64,000 nucleotides of DNA. It comes from an uncultured Desulfarculus sp. Its GTDB lineage: Bacteria > Desulfobacterota > Desulfarculia > Desulfarculales > Desulfarculaceae. The position numbers and the translations under genes were made by a program. Under the pieces are notes generated by a model. The model worked only from the letters and a program-made list of their open reading frames with translations, was not told where the DNA came from and did not search any database. This document shows positions 1 to 10,500 of the stretch, piece after piece. Each line of letters opens with the position of its first letter. The stretch's first letter is position 1. Location of the stretch: contig CAXXUK010000001.1 of NCBI GenBank assembly GCA_963665125.2, positions 3,264,001 through 3,328,000 on the forward strand, given 5' to 3'.

Positions 1-523
1 CTTCGCCAAAGCCCACCACAGCGTACTTCGAGGCTGCGTAAACGGTTTGGTACGGTAAAGGTACGATCCCGCATACGGAAGCTACATTTACGATATGGCC
101 GTGGCCTTGCTCGATCATTATGGGCACCACAGCATGCACGCAATTTACCACGCCGAAAAGATTGACATCGAAAACCGTGTTCCAGTCCTCTCTCTTGGTG
201 ACGGTAAATGCTTGGCCGAACCCTACGCCAGCATTGCAAAAAATGTAATCAATTGGACCTCTGCTGCCCACGTATTCAATATAGCTTTTGACCATATTTT
301 CGTCACGTACATCCACAACTTGAGCATGAACACGTCCGCCGTATTGCCGAAGAGATTCGGCGGCGGCGGCGATGTTTTTGGGAGTGCGGCTACACATATA
401 TACTTCCGCGCCGCGTTGAAGCAAACCCCGGCTCAAGCCAAGCCCTATTCCCGTGGAAGCTCCTGTTATAACAGCAACTTTATCCTTGAAAAAGCTATTG
501 TCCTGCCGCGTAGGATGTTCCAT
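1..523 (-). CDS. SDR-family NAD(P)-dependent oxidoreductase (3' end runs off the window)
   Basis: Not in the ORF track; translated by hand from ATG at 523 (GAGGAG RBS). It reads MEHPTRQDNSFFKDKVAVITGASTGIG (Rossmann TGxxxGxG), later VNLFG and IVNVAS, and has the catalytic YAASK. Confidence 0.9.
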   Translation of the reverse strand, partial: MEHPTRQDNSFFKDKVAVITGASTGIGLGLSRGLLQRGAEVYMCSRTPKNIAAAAESLRQYGGRVHAQVVDVRDENMVKSYIEYVGSRGPIDYIFCNAGVGFGQAFTVTKREDWNTVFDVNLFGVVNCVHAVVPIMIEQGHGHIVNVASVCGIVPLPYQTVYAASKYAVVGFGE

Positions 524-601
524 ATCCGTCCTCCTCTTGTTCTTGCTTGGGTGTAGAGATGTCAAGACACTAATCCATATAACCAAATATCGATCAACCC
601 G

Positions 602-1804
602 TTATCGCTCGGATATGCTTTGTATTGTAATTCTTTCTATAAACAATAATTGACTGAGCAAATACAAAAGGACACAGCCATTTCCCGCCAAAATTATTCC
701 CAATACAAGCCCCGATACCAAGCCGGAAAAGAGCATTGTTATGCCAAAAAGCATACTCAAGAAATTCATGATGATGACGGCGGAATTGATTTTTATAAGA
801 AGCACTGGCATCGGCTCGGATGTCTTCTCTTGTCTGAAAAACGGTAAGATTACTTTTACAATCCCGATGGTACCTCCGGCTACGTTGAGAAGACCGACAA
901 TGAGGGTGAGAGGTACAACAAGAATGCCAGGAACAATGCTGGAGATAACACCGATAATTCCAAAGATAAATCCCAAAAATATGATCAACCAGGTTCGCGG
1001 GAAAGGCCCTATAGGGGTATTCCCCAAAGCCAGCATCTGAATGGCAAATAAAACCATTAAAAGGCCCAATTGAGCGCTTCCTGAAAACGGGAGCAGACCC
1101 AGGTCCACCGGAATGAGTAGCAGACCCAGGATAAGCATGAAAACGCCCATTAACAGAAGAGTTGCGTTATTCAGGGAGAGCCCGCCGTCGGAGGAAGGCT
1201 CTTCCGGCTTGGATGGGTGATGCCGGTTGATTATTTGTAGAACACAAGCCAGGTAAGTTAGGGCGAAGGCATAAGCCAAAACGGCGGATATGGTCAACGG
1301 TGCATTGAAGATGCTCGGCTTGAATATCAAAATCGCGATAAATGTCTGACAGAGATAAACCGCGCCACATGCAACAATGAGATGATTGAAGATGCCACCA
1401 TATGTTCTCCAGAGCCTGTATCTGTTTTGAGTAAAGAGCATCTGCAGAAAAAGGACGAGCCCACCGGCGCCTAAAGCGAAGCTGAGGATAACACGTGGAA
1501 GGCTCCCTAGAATACCTGGAACGAAACAGGTGACAATACCGAGAGCCGCTATACTTGTTCCTCCCCAAGCAGTGATTCGAGATCTCTGCATATCTCCAAA
1601 AGGAGTTTTACCCATGAAGACAATCTGGAGAGCCAATATGACCAGCAGTAGGCCAAAGAGACCGTTTTCATAATAGGGGAGGCTTCCCGCGTATACGGGG
1701 AACAACAAAATCCCAAGCGTGAGCATAGCCATTCCTGCGAACAGGAGGATGACGACTTCCAGTGAAAGGTCAGATTCTTTAAAGAGTTTATTCTCAACCA
1801 TCAA
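602..1804 (-). CDS. Polytopic membrane protein with internal two-fold duplication, function unknown
   Basis: 400 aa, about 12 hydrophobic segments. The halves align (LLFPVYAGSLPY..GKTPFG vs LLIPVDLGLLPF..GNTPIG). Confidence 0.8.
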   Translation of the reverse strand: MMVENKLFKESDLSLEVVILLFAGMAMLTLGILLFPVYAGSLPYYENGLFGLLLVILALQIVFMGKTPFGDMQRSRITAWGGTSIAALGIVTCFVPGILGSLPRVILSFALGAGGLVLFLQMLFTQNRYRLWRTYGGIFNHLIVACGAVYLCQTFIAILIFKPSIFNAPLTISAVLAYAFALTYLACVLQIINRHHPSKPEEPSSDGGLSLNNATLLLMGVFMLILGLLLIPVDLGLLPFSGSAQLGLLMVLFAIQMLALGNTPIGPFPRTWLIIFLGFIFGIIGVISSIVPGILVVPLTLIVGLLNVAGGTIGIVKVILPFFRQEKTSEPMPVLLIKINSAVIIMNFLSMLFGITMLFSGLVSGLVLGIILAGNGCVLLYLLSQLLFIERITIQSISER

Positions 1805-2110
1805 CAGAGGTGGCCCAATATGTTAAACAGTTAGGTGTTTGAGTGAGGAGTTAGGTAAGCTATTTATCAAGCCTTCTTGGAATCACTTCGGAAGTATGCC
1901 CCAATCTGCATTTTCCCGTCCAGCACGTAATGAAATGTTGGGAGCAAAGATAGCCGACGAAATTTAAGCTTTGACGTATTCCTCAGCCTAGCGGTAGCTA
2001 TTCAATAAATCGTGTGGCAGCATATGATCCCACCAAGGACAGACATCGTATTAAGCGAAACAAAGCTTGACGGAGGTTTTCGACGAAATCGCAGAAGAGT
2101 AAATGTAATG

Positions 2111-3328
2111 TGTACAGTGATGGTATTGACCTGACAGTCGCCTCCTACCGGTTCGGTTGTTAGGCTGCCTTTTTGCTCTTATTATTTTTCGGTTCAGGAT
2201 TCAAGTCTTTCAGCCCATCTTTGAAAGCCTGATACGGCGTCCTACCGTTCATGTTGCGGCCCTGGTGGGGCCGTTTCGTATTGTAAAGGGCCAGATACTC
2301 TTCCAGATCATTCTGCATCTCATCGACCGACTCGTACCATTTCTTGCGGCCCATGATGCGGAAATGCTCGTCCAGCAGGGTACGGTGAAGCCGCTCCACA
2401 AAGCCGTTTGACTGGGGACGGCGCACCTTGGTTGTGCGGTGTTCGATGCCCTCAAGTTGCAGGAACAACTCGTAAGGGTGGCGGTCCTCACGGCCACAAA
2501 ATTCCCTGCCGTTGTCGCTGAGAATTGTCGTGATTGAAGCGTCATGCTGCTCGAAGAAGGGCAGTACGTCGGTGTTGAGCACATGGACGGCGGTCACCGG
2601 CAGCTTGGAAGTGTAGAGCCTGCCCCATGAATAGCGGCTGTGACAATCGATCACCGATTGCAGGTAGACCTTGCCCACGCCTTTGAGGGTGCCCACAAAG
2701 AAGGTGTCCACCGCCACCAGATCGCCCACACCCTTGGTTTCAATGTGGCGCTCCCTAAACTCCGGGCTGAATCGCTCCAAGAGGGCGACCTGTTCCTCGC
2801 TCAAATCGATCTTGGTTTCCGATACGTGCCGCTCCAGCCTCAGCAGGCGCTCATGGCGGCTCAAAAGATTGTGCCGGGACCAAACTCCCCGCACACCGCC
2901 GGAGCTGACCTGGATGCCTTTTAGGGCCAGTTCGTCGGCCACGCGAAGGCAGCCATGGGTGGGATAATCCAAGCTGTGGTCCAGAATGGCCTTTTCGATT
3001 TCTTCTGACACCCGGTTGGGATGTGGTCCTTTGGGGCCGGGAAGCCGATCCACCAGGCCTTCGGCCCCAAACGTCTGGTAGTTGCGCCTGATCTCATAGA
3101 ATTGCTGGCGGGAATAGCCCATGATCTTGCAGGCCCGGCTGACGTTCTTCAAATCAGACGCCAACTCTAGTAAACTCAGCTTCCTGCGTGCTACTTTCTT
3201 TTCGGTGGTCATGTCCTTTACCTCCTTGGGTTCGAAGTGCTTCGCAACACTTCTTCTAACCCGGTAGGAGGCGGCATGGCCACCTCTTCATTTGGCTCCA
3301 TGTGTCAGGTAATTACCGTCACAGCACA
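2111..3328 (-). mobile_element. IS481-family insertion sequence
   Basis: Imperfect 26-bp terminal IRs starting with TGT (TGTACAGTGATGGTATTGACCTGACA / TGTGCTGTGACGGTAATTACCTGACA). Flanked by the direct repeat TGTAATG (2104-2110, 3329-3335). Confidence 0.92.
2160..3212 (-). CDS. IS481-family DDE transposase
   Basis: N-terminal HTH (NVSRACKIMGYSRQQFY) and rve core (VDTF, SDNGREF, PQSNGFVER). Confidence 0.95.
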   Translation of the reverse strand: MTTEKKVARRKLSLLELASDLKNVSRACKIMGYSRQQFYEIRRNYQTFGAEGLVDRLPGPKGPHPNRVSEEIEKAILDHSLDYPTHGCLRVADELALKGIQVSSGGVRGVWSRHNLLSRHERLLRLERHVSETKIDLSEEQVALLERFSPEFRERHIETKGVGDLVAVDTFFVGTLKGVGKVYLQSVIDCHSRYSWGRLYTSKLPVTAVHVLNTDVLPFFEQHDASITTILSDNGREFCGREDRHPYELFLQLEGIEHRTTKVRRPQSNGFVERLHRTLLDEHFRIMGRKKWYESVDEMQNDLEEYLALYNTKRPHQGRNMNGRTPYQAFKDGLKDLNPEPKNNKSKKAA

Positions 3329-3350
3329 TGTAATGGAACTTGCATAGGAC

Positions 3351-3361
3351 TTTTCAGTCCC
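3351..3361 (+). repeat. Distal att core (TTTTCAGTCCC), a copy of the tRNA-Phe anticodon loop
   Basis: GGAC-TTTTCAGTCCC here vs GGA-TTTTCAGTCCC in the tRNA, same orientation. Supported by the nearby arm-like repeats. Confidence 0.7.
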
Positions 3362-3487
3362 ACCTGGCAGGGCGCTCAATGCTTACTACTGGCTAATAAA
3401 ACACACTGTAATGTCAAATGGTTATCGTTGGTATGGTCTGCCCGAAATGACCCTGTTTGCCCCCCCTGAACCCTGCATATCGTACAT

Positions 3488-3509
3488 AAAAGTTCAGAAA
3501 AAGTTCAGA
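3488..3509 (+). repeat. Tandem AAAAGTTCAGA x2, putative integrase arm-type sites
   Basis: The same tandem 11-mer motif recurs at 50126-50147 at the other end of the island. Confidence 0.7.
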
Positions 3510-3844
3510 GCGGGCAGGGGCTGAGCCTAGGCTAGAAAGCCGTCGTTAACGCTAATGAGCGCAATTGCTTTTGATCCGTGAGGGTACGTCGTAGGTGTTG
3601 CGGGTGCGTCTATGCATTTTTGGTTAATCTGCGCGGTTAGGCTTACATGGCAGGTCAACCCAAAGAAACAAGTAGCCAATACGTAAGTTACTGACAAACG
3701 TTCTAAGTGTTGCGGCCAGGGCCATAGAGCATTTAGAAAAGCAGTCAGCAGTTGCCCTAAGCCACAGCGATTTTGGCAGCGTCGCGCCGATACTGGCCTC
3801 AACCCGCGCCAAGTAGAGGTCGTTAAACGGTAATTAGCGGCCGG

Positions 3845-4050
3845 GCCAGGTGGGTTCGAAGGTAACATGGCTAACTGTAAATATGTAAGTATGGCAAAAG
3901 TTAGCAGATAACTTGACAACGCGATCTGGTTTACTAAGTGGCCAAAGGAATCCTACGGAAGAGCCCAGGCGGTGGGCGTAGCGTTAGTTATAGTTTGGTG
4001 TGGCCTGGATGAGGGACGGGGGGGAAGATTGTTATGTCCTACCCGTGAGG
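3845..4050 (+). repeat. Diverged non-coding element, copy A (copy B at about 28445-28497 plus 29752-29890)
   Basis: Colinear shared blocks GAAGGyArCATGGCyAA, GCCAAAGGrAT, GCGTAGCrTTAGTTATAGTTTGGT and AAGATyGTTATGTCCTrCCyGT. Confidence 0.8.
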
Positions 4051-4243
4051 GGGTCAAATTTTAAGATACTAATGAATCTTACATAAATTACGATTATTGA
4101 TGAGGCTAATTAAAATAATGTTAGCGGCCCCAAAGCCATCAAAAATTAATTCAATCTATGGTTATTTGTTTATAATGGCTAATGATTAAAATCAAATGAA
4201 AATATAAGTACTTTTGAACGGCTAAAATATTGGAGTAAATATA

Positions 4244-6985
4244 ATGCTATATCCAAAGGGTTCGGAGTGGAGGAAATGGGATCTTCATGTTCATTCGCCG
4301 GAGTCGGCATTCAGTAATAGATTTAGTGGAAAGGCACAGAATGAGAAATGGGAGAACTATATTAATTGTTTGGAAAAACTAGAAGATATATCAGTCGTCG
4401 GTGTGACTGATTATTTTTCTATTGATGGTTATATTCAAGCAAAGCGATTTAAGGATTCCGGGCGTCTTAAAAATATTGATTTATTATTGCCAAATGTTGA
4501 GCTGCGTCTTGACCATAATACTCAAGATGGAGTTGCAATAAATATCCATATCATCTTTGATCCTGAGGTCATTGATATGGTAAATGGTGTATTTTTTACC
4601 AATCTTAAATTTACATATAAGGAGAATGAATATAGTTGTACACAGACTGATTTGATTCGGTTAGGTAGGGCTTATAATGGTAATGAAATGCTTGAAGAAA
4701 ACGTTGCTTTTAAGGAAGGAGCAAATCAGTTTAAGGTGAGTGTCGATCACTTGAAAGATGTTTTGAAAAAAAACAGTTGCTTTCATGGCAAACATCTAAT
4801 AGTTATTCCAAACAGTAATAGAGATGGCAATTCAGGATTGCGTGAAGGAAACTTGAAGGCCTTGAGGGAAGAGCTATACCGCTTGGCGCATTGCATTTTT
4901 TCGTCAAACCCTAAAGATAGAGCTTATTTTTTAGGCCTGGGGGTAGATTCTGTAGATGATATTATCATGAAATATAACGCATTGAAGCCATGTATACATG
5001 GTTCAGATGCTCATTCGCTAGAAACAGTTTGCAAGCCAGATAACGATAGGTTTACATGGATAAAGGCTGATCCATCATTTGAAGGTTTAAAGCAAATTAT
5101 TTTTGAGCCAGAAGACCGGGTGCAAATCCAAAAGAATTCCCCAGCAACGGAATATCCTAAAGCACACTTCAGTTCAATAAAGGCGAGTGGTAGTATTTTT
5201 AAAGACGAAGAACTGTGTTTTAAGGATTGCTCGGTACCTCTAAATAACAATCTTGTAACTTTGATTGGTGGTAGAGGAACCGGAAAAAGTTTGCTTCTTG
5301 ATGTGATGCACAGAACATTTTATGAACCAACACAGGCAGAAATCAGTTCAAATGATCGTCTTGTCCGTATAGGCAAGCCTGAATTTGGTATTGTTTTAAC
5401 GAAAAGTGATGGCGAAAGTACGAACTTCAAACGTGAAAATGAAACTCCGGTATTTGATTACCTGCATGTGCGACAAGGAGAGGTCAAGGAGGTTGTTGAG
5501 AATAAGAGAGACCTTGGCGAGGCGATAAAAAGAATGTTGGGATTCCTCGATAGCGATACCAGATCGTCATTGAATGATAGTATTTTATCAGCGAACCGTG
5601 ATAGCGCTAACCTACAGGAATGGCTTGAAAAAAAAGACACAGAGGGGAACAATATTAATTCAGAAGGCTATCAGAAGAACCAAAAAATTAAATTGCAAAA
5701 ATTAAAGGACACAATAACAACTGAAAATACCAAAGAAAAAATATCATCTTTTAGCAGTAATTCCAGCCTAATTAGTAGGTTGAAGAAGGCCCAAATGGAA
5801 TCAATCTCACTGAGGGATGATATAGGCACTACACAGGATAGGTTGAATCTACAGATAAACTCTCTTATCCAAAAAGACATCATGATAGGGGTAAATGTTG
5901 ATAAAATCGATTTGTCAATCATTCAAGATCAATTAACCGCTTATGCAGAAGAAGCTAGCGCAAAAATTGCTAATCTTGAGCGTGAAAATACTAGAATTTC
6001 AGAGGATCTCTATAAAAAAGGAATAAAGGGAGACATCTCTGGATTGTTAGATAAAGTCAAGGAATACCAGCAAGAAATTGAGAGATGTAATTCTGCTATT
6101 GATGATATTTTGGATGCAAAAAATAAATTAGATGGTCTATTTAAGCGTCGTGTTGCTTTGGTAGAACAAATAGTTATTTCGATAGATGACGAATTGGAAT
6201 CTTTTGAAAGGAAGTTTGCTGATATATCAAAGGGTCGGTCTGGAGTAACAGAAGAACACAAGGTAATCCTCAGGGATTTGCTGAAAAATATCGAAATAAA
6301 AGGGGAAATTCTTTTCGATAAAGATAAATTTATCGATGGATTATATGATTTTTTTAATGGGAGAAAGATACGTAAAGATGCTCTAAAAGAAGTCTTTCCA
6401 ATCAATGACGCCGACGATTATTTTGCGCTGGTATTAAATGCACCAGTGATTGCGGCTCAAGAAGATCAAATGGATTGTCTGACCGATTTTATTTTGGAAA
6501 CTGAATGGTTTTTAAGAAAAGATATGTTTTCGTTTTTAAATTATTTATATTCAGAAGAAAACCGCAATGAGTATCTACAAGTCGTACCAAGCATTAAATA
6601 TTTTGGCAAATATCCAGAGCAGCTTTCTGTAGGACAACGAGGGACCTTTTATGTATGTTTAAAACTTGCTACTTCAGCGTTTCTTACTCCATTTATTTTC
6701 GATCAACCAGAAGACGACCTTGATAACGCATTTATTGTAGAGGAGCTAGAGCCAATTTTCAGGAAGATTAAAAAACACCGGCAGGTGATCATTGTTACAC
6801 ATAATGCGAATCTGGTTGTTAACGCTGATGCTGAGCAAATTATTATTGCTGAAAACGAAAATGAAGAAATATCTTATAGGTCAGGTTCTCTTGAATGTCC
6901 AGAAATCAGAAAAGAAGTTTGCCGAATTCTGGAAGGTGGCGAACATGCTTTCAAAAAGCGTGAGAAAAGATATGAACTACACTAG
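4244..6985 (+). CDS. PHP-domain + ABC/SMC-type ATPase fusion (Ppl / TrlF-like anti-phage protein)
   Basis: PHP motifs WDLHVHSP, TDY and GSDAH; Walker A GGRGTGKS; coiled coil; signature LSVGQ; Walker B IFDQPEDDLD; H-loop VTHN. AT-rich. Confidence 0.85.
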   Translation: MLYPKGSEWRKWDLHVHSPESAFSNRFSGKAQNEKWENYINCLEKLEDISVVGVTDYFSIDGYIQAKRFKDSGRLKNIDLLLPNVELRLDHNTQDGVAINIHIIFDPEVIDMVNGVFFTNLKFTYKENEYSCTQTDLIRLGRAYNGNEMLEENVAFKEGANQFKVSVDHLKDVLKKNSCFHGKHLIVIPNSNRDGNSGLREGNLKALREELYRLAHCIFSSNPKDRAYFLGLGVDSVDDIIMKYNALKPCIHGSDAHSLETVCKPDNDRFTWIKADPSFEGLKQIIFEPEDRVQIQKNSPATEYPKAHFSSIKASGSIFKDEELCFKDCSVPLNNNLVTLIGGRGTGKSLLLDVMHRTFYEPTQAEISSNDRLVRIGKPEFGIVLTKSDGESTNFKRENETPVFDYLHVRQGEVKEVVENKRDLGEAIKRMLGFLDSDTRSSLNDSILSANRDSANLQEWLEKKDTEGNNINSEGYQKNQKIKLQKLKDTITTENTKEKISSFSSNSSLISRLKKAQMESISLRDDIGTTQDRLNLQINSLIQKDIMIGVNVDKIDLSIIQDQLTAYAEEASAKIANLERENTRISEDLYKKGIKGDISGLLDKVKEYQQEIERCNSAIDDILDAKNKLDGLFKRRVALVEQIVISIDDELESFERKFADISKGRSGVTEEHKVILRDLLKNIEIKGEILFDKDKFIDGLYDFFNGRKIRKDALKEVFPINDADDYFALVLNAPVIAAQEDQMDCLTDFILETEWFLRKDMFSFLNYLYSEENRNEYLQVVPSIKYFGKYPEQLSVGQRGTFYVCLKLATSAFLTPFIFDQPEDDLDNAFIVEELEPIFRKIKKHRQVIIVTHNANLVVNADAEQIIIAENENEEISYRSGSLECPEIRKEVCRILEGGEHAFKKREKRYELH

Positions 6986-7546
6986 TATCAAGCCTTTCAG
7001 CTTAATTAATTGCCAGGGGGGGAATTGAAAAATCTTTTGTAGTTTGCCATATACTGTAAATTAAAATTGTACGAATGTTTTCCTTTCATAGCATAATTGG
7101 ATTAATTTAGTAGGTGTAAAAAAGCAGTCTTCGCTAGATGAAAACTGATAGCATAATTCTATACATGTTATTTTCTTGGTCCATATTGCACCAGGGGCAC
7201 AACAAATTGTCACTCGTAAACCGAGTCTTGATTGATAGACTGTCCGATTTGTATTTATGAGAATTTCAAGCACTAACCTAATAAGCCATGGGCATCGCCA
7301 GAGAATGTAGAGAATTGCCCTGAAATCATAGAAAGGAATGTTGCTGTTAAGTTGACTATGCCTAAGGGTTATCATTCTTATAAGCTGGACAAATGGGCAA
7401 AATATTGGCTACCATGCGGTACATTATGGGGGATATCTTGATCACGCCGTAGAATTCATAAATACCACCCACATGTTGTTGTAATCAAAATGTAGAGATA
7501 TTTTTCCTCTGTAACTGAGTAATCACGAGCATAGAGGGGCCGTTTA

Positions 7547-10500
7547 ATGCAAATGAATGTTTTTGAGCTCAGGAACAAACTTGTCGGTGACTATGCAAGC
7601 TATACCAAGAGCTTTATTAAGATCAAGGACCCTCGCATTGATAAATCGGTAACTTCAGAGATCGATAATGGGGCTTTCTGGCCTGAGCCACTCATACAAT
7701 TAAATCCAACTTTTTTACCTAGTGGAACCATTGATGAATTAGTAGAAAACGGCACACTGCACTCGGAGTGCAAGAAGATATTCCGCATTGGAAAGACAGA
7801 GCATGATTATGCTGGACAACAGTTAAGACTTCACACTCACCAGCGCGAGGCGATCCTCAAGGCGAAAGAAGAGAAATCCTACGTATTAACTAGCGGAACG
7901 GGTTCAGGTAAGAGTCTTACCTACATTGTACCCATTGTAGACCACGTCCTACGCAAGGGCTCTGGGCGGGGTATTCAGGCTATCGTGGTTTACCCAATGA
8001 ATGCCTTGGCGAACAGCCAAGCTGAGGAATTAGGGAAGTTTTTACTAAAGGGGTATCCTGAAGGCAAACCCCCAGTCCGTTTCGCCCGCTATACAGGTCA
8101 AGAGGGGGGAGCTGAACGCGAAGAAATTCGGCGAAACCCTCCTGACATTTTGCTTACAAACTACATGATGCTTGAGTTGATGCTAACGCGGGTTGAGGAT
8201 CGGGAACTCGTTCGGGCTGCTCAAGGTTTAAAGTTTCTTGTCTTTGATGAGCTACACACCTACCGTGGTCGTCAAGGAGCTGATGTCGCTTTGTTGATCA
8301 GGCGTTGCCGCCTGGCTTTCGGCGGTCACGATTTTATTTGCATCGGTACTTCGGCTACCATGGCCAGTGAGGGAACATCTGAGGACCAAAAAAACGGAGT
8401 CGCTCGGGTGGCCCAAACGCTTTTTGGGACAAGTTTTGATAAGACTCAGATAATTGGCGAGACACTTGAGCGAGCGACTAAGAGTTTTAATTTTCAAGAA
8501 TCCTCCATAGTAGAGATACTTCGTTCAACAATAGCAAACAAGCCAGAACCACCCAGCGATTACGATTCCTTCAGGGACCATCCTATGGCTTCATGGATTG
8601 AGGCAACCTTTGGTGTCGTCAAAGAAGAGATTGCAGGCAGGCTGGTAAGGCAGAACCCCCAACGACTTCAAGGACCGGATAGCGCTTCGGAATTACTTGC
8701 GAGACTGACATCTACAGACGCGGCTAGTTGCGCCGAGGTCATACGGCGTTTTTTACTCAAGGGATCAAATCTTAGGCGAACCCCATCGAGTCGCTTCCCA
8801 ATCTTTGCCTTTCGTTTACATCAATTTTTCACGAGAGGCGACACGGTATGGGCCACAATCGAAGCGGAGGATGTGCGTCATCTAGAAATGTCGAAGCAGG
8901 TAGCAAAGCCAAACGAACCGGATAAGTTACTTTATCCGCTCGTGTTTTGTCGACAATGCGGGGCTGCCTACTATCGTGTGCGGATAGTTCCTGATGGGAA
9001 TGGTAGTCGCCTGCTGCCTAGAGAAGACCGAAGAGCCAAAGATGACGATGGAAGTGGTGACGCCTATTTATACCTTTCAAATCAGAATCCATGGCCTCGA
9101 GCAACTAGCTCTGAATTGCTGGAACGTCTCCCCGATGTCTTCAAGGACACCACGGTAAATGGAGAAGAACAAATTCGACCTGATTCGAAAGGCGATATAC
9201 CTGAAACCATCTTCGTTAATGCACAGGGGCAAATTGTCACTGATGGCCAAGGTGTTCGGGCAGCACTCATCCGGAAAAACTTCCTTTTCTGTTTAGAACC
9301 TGGCTGTGGTGTCGCATACGTTAAAACCCAACGTTCAGAACGAGCGAAGCTTGCGACTCTAGGGGTGGACAACCGTAGCACGGCTACAACCATATTGGCG
9401 GTTCGATCCTTGATCGAACTGCAAGGTGACCATTCACTTGAGCCAGAAGCGAGGAAATTGCTTAGTTTTACCGACAATAGGCAAGATGCTTCGTTGCAGG
9501 CTGGACACTTCAATGATTTCGCACAAGTGGCTTTACTTAGGTCAGCGTTATACCGGGCTGCAAAGGACAAGGGAACGGAGGGGCTTCGAAACCACGAGCT
9601 ATCACGTGGTGTGTTCGAGGCGATGCAGTTGCGTTTCGATGAATTTGCAGCCGATCCTGAAGTTAGGGGGCCCGCAAAGAATGCTACTGAGGATGCTCTT
9701 CGACGTATTATTGACTACTTCCTTTACCGCGATCTAGAACGAGGTTGGCGAGTCACTGCTCCCAACCTTGAGGATTGTGGCCTCCTTGCTTTTGACTATG
9801 ATGGCCTGCTTGGTGAAGATGGATTGCTGGCAGAAAAGGACTTGTGGGAGTATGGGCTGACGATCAAGAGGGGACGGAATGAAAAAGATTTTGTTGCTCT
9901 ACCTGATCTGTTGCACTCTTGCCCTTCCCAAAAGCTTGAAGAACTCCTCCGTACTTTACTTGATGTACTGCGCCGCTCTTTGGCTGTTAAGGTTGATGTC
10001 CTTGACGGTACGAAACAACTTGATCTGGTCAACCAAACCAAGCACCGTCTTCGTGAGGACGCAGTATGGCATCTTGATGATCCTCGCGAAATGTCCAAGT
10101 CAGTGGTGGCATATCCGAGATCCAAAAAGCGGAGCTCTGGCGAAGACCGATATGGCGTATTCATCTCTGCGTATGGCAATTATGGTCGTTATGTGAAGCG
10201 CACCCTTGTCCAACATGTCTCTAATAATAAACGGGTGGGGTTAGCCGAACTTAATGAGATTATTAGATATTTTTTCCTGGCGCTCAAGCGATATGGCATC
10301 ATTGAGCAAGTCAGGAGTGGTCGAGAGGGAGACGACCCAGGTTATCAATTAAACTCCGATGCCATCCGGTGGTTGCCAGGTGACGGCAAGATGCGTCCTT
10401 TGGATCGAACTAGGCTGTTGGATGTAGGTGAAGCCGTATCAGAAGTAAATAAATACTTTGTGGAGTGTTATCGGAATTTTATAGATCTTAAGTGCTTGTT

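Noticed and set aside
95..556. 153-aa + strand ORF
   Set aside because: Antisense shadow of the SDR gene on the minus strand.
3527..3919. 130-aa minus-strand ORF near the left att
   Set aside because: No RBS or recognisable motif; it overlaps the non-coding repeat element.
7061..7375. 104-aa ORF between the ppl-like gene and the helicase
   Set aside because: Atypical composition, opposite strand to both neighbours, no motif; cannot be supported.
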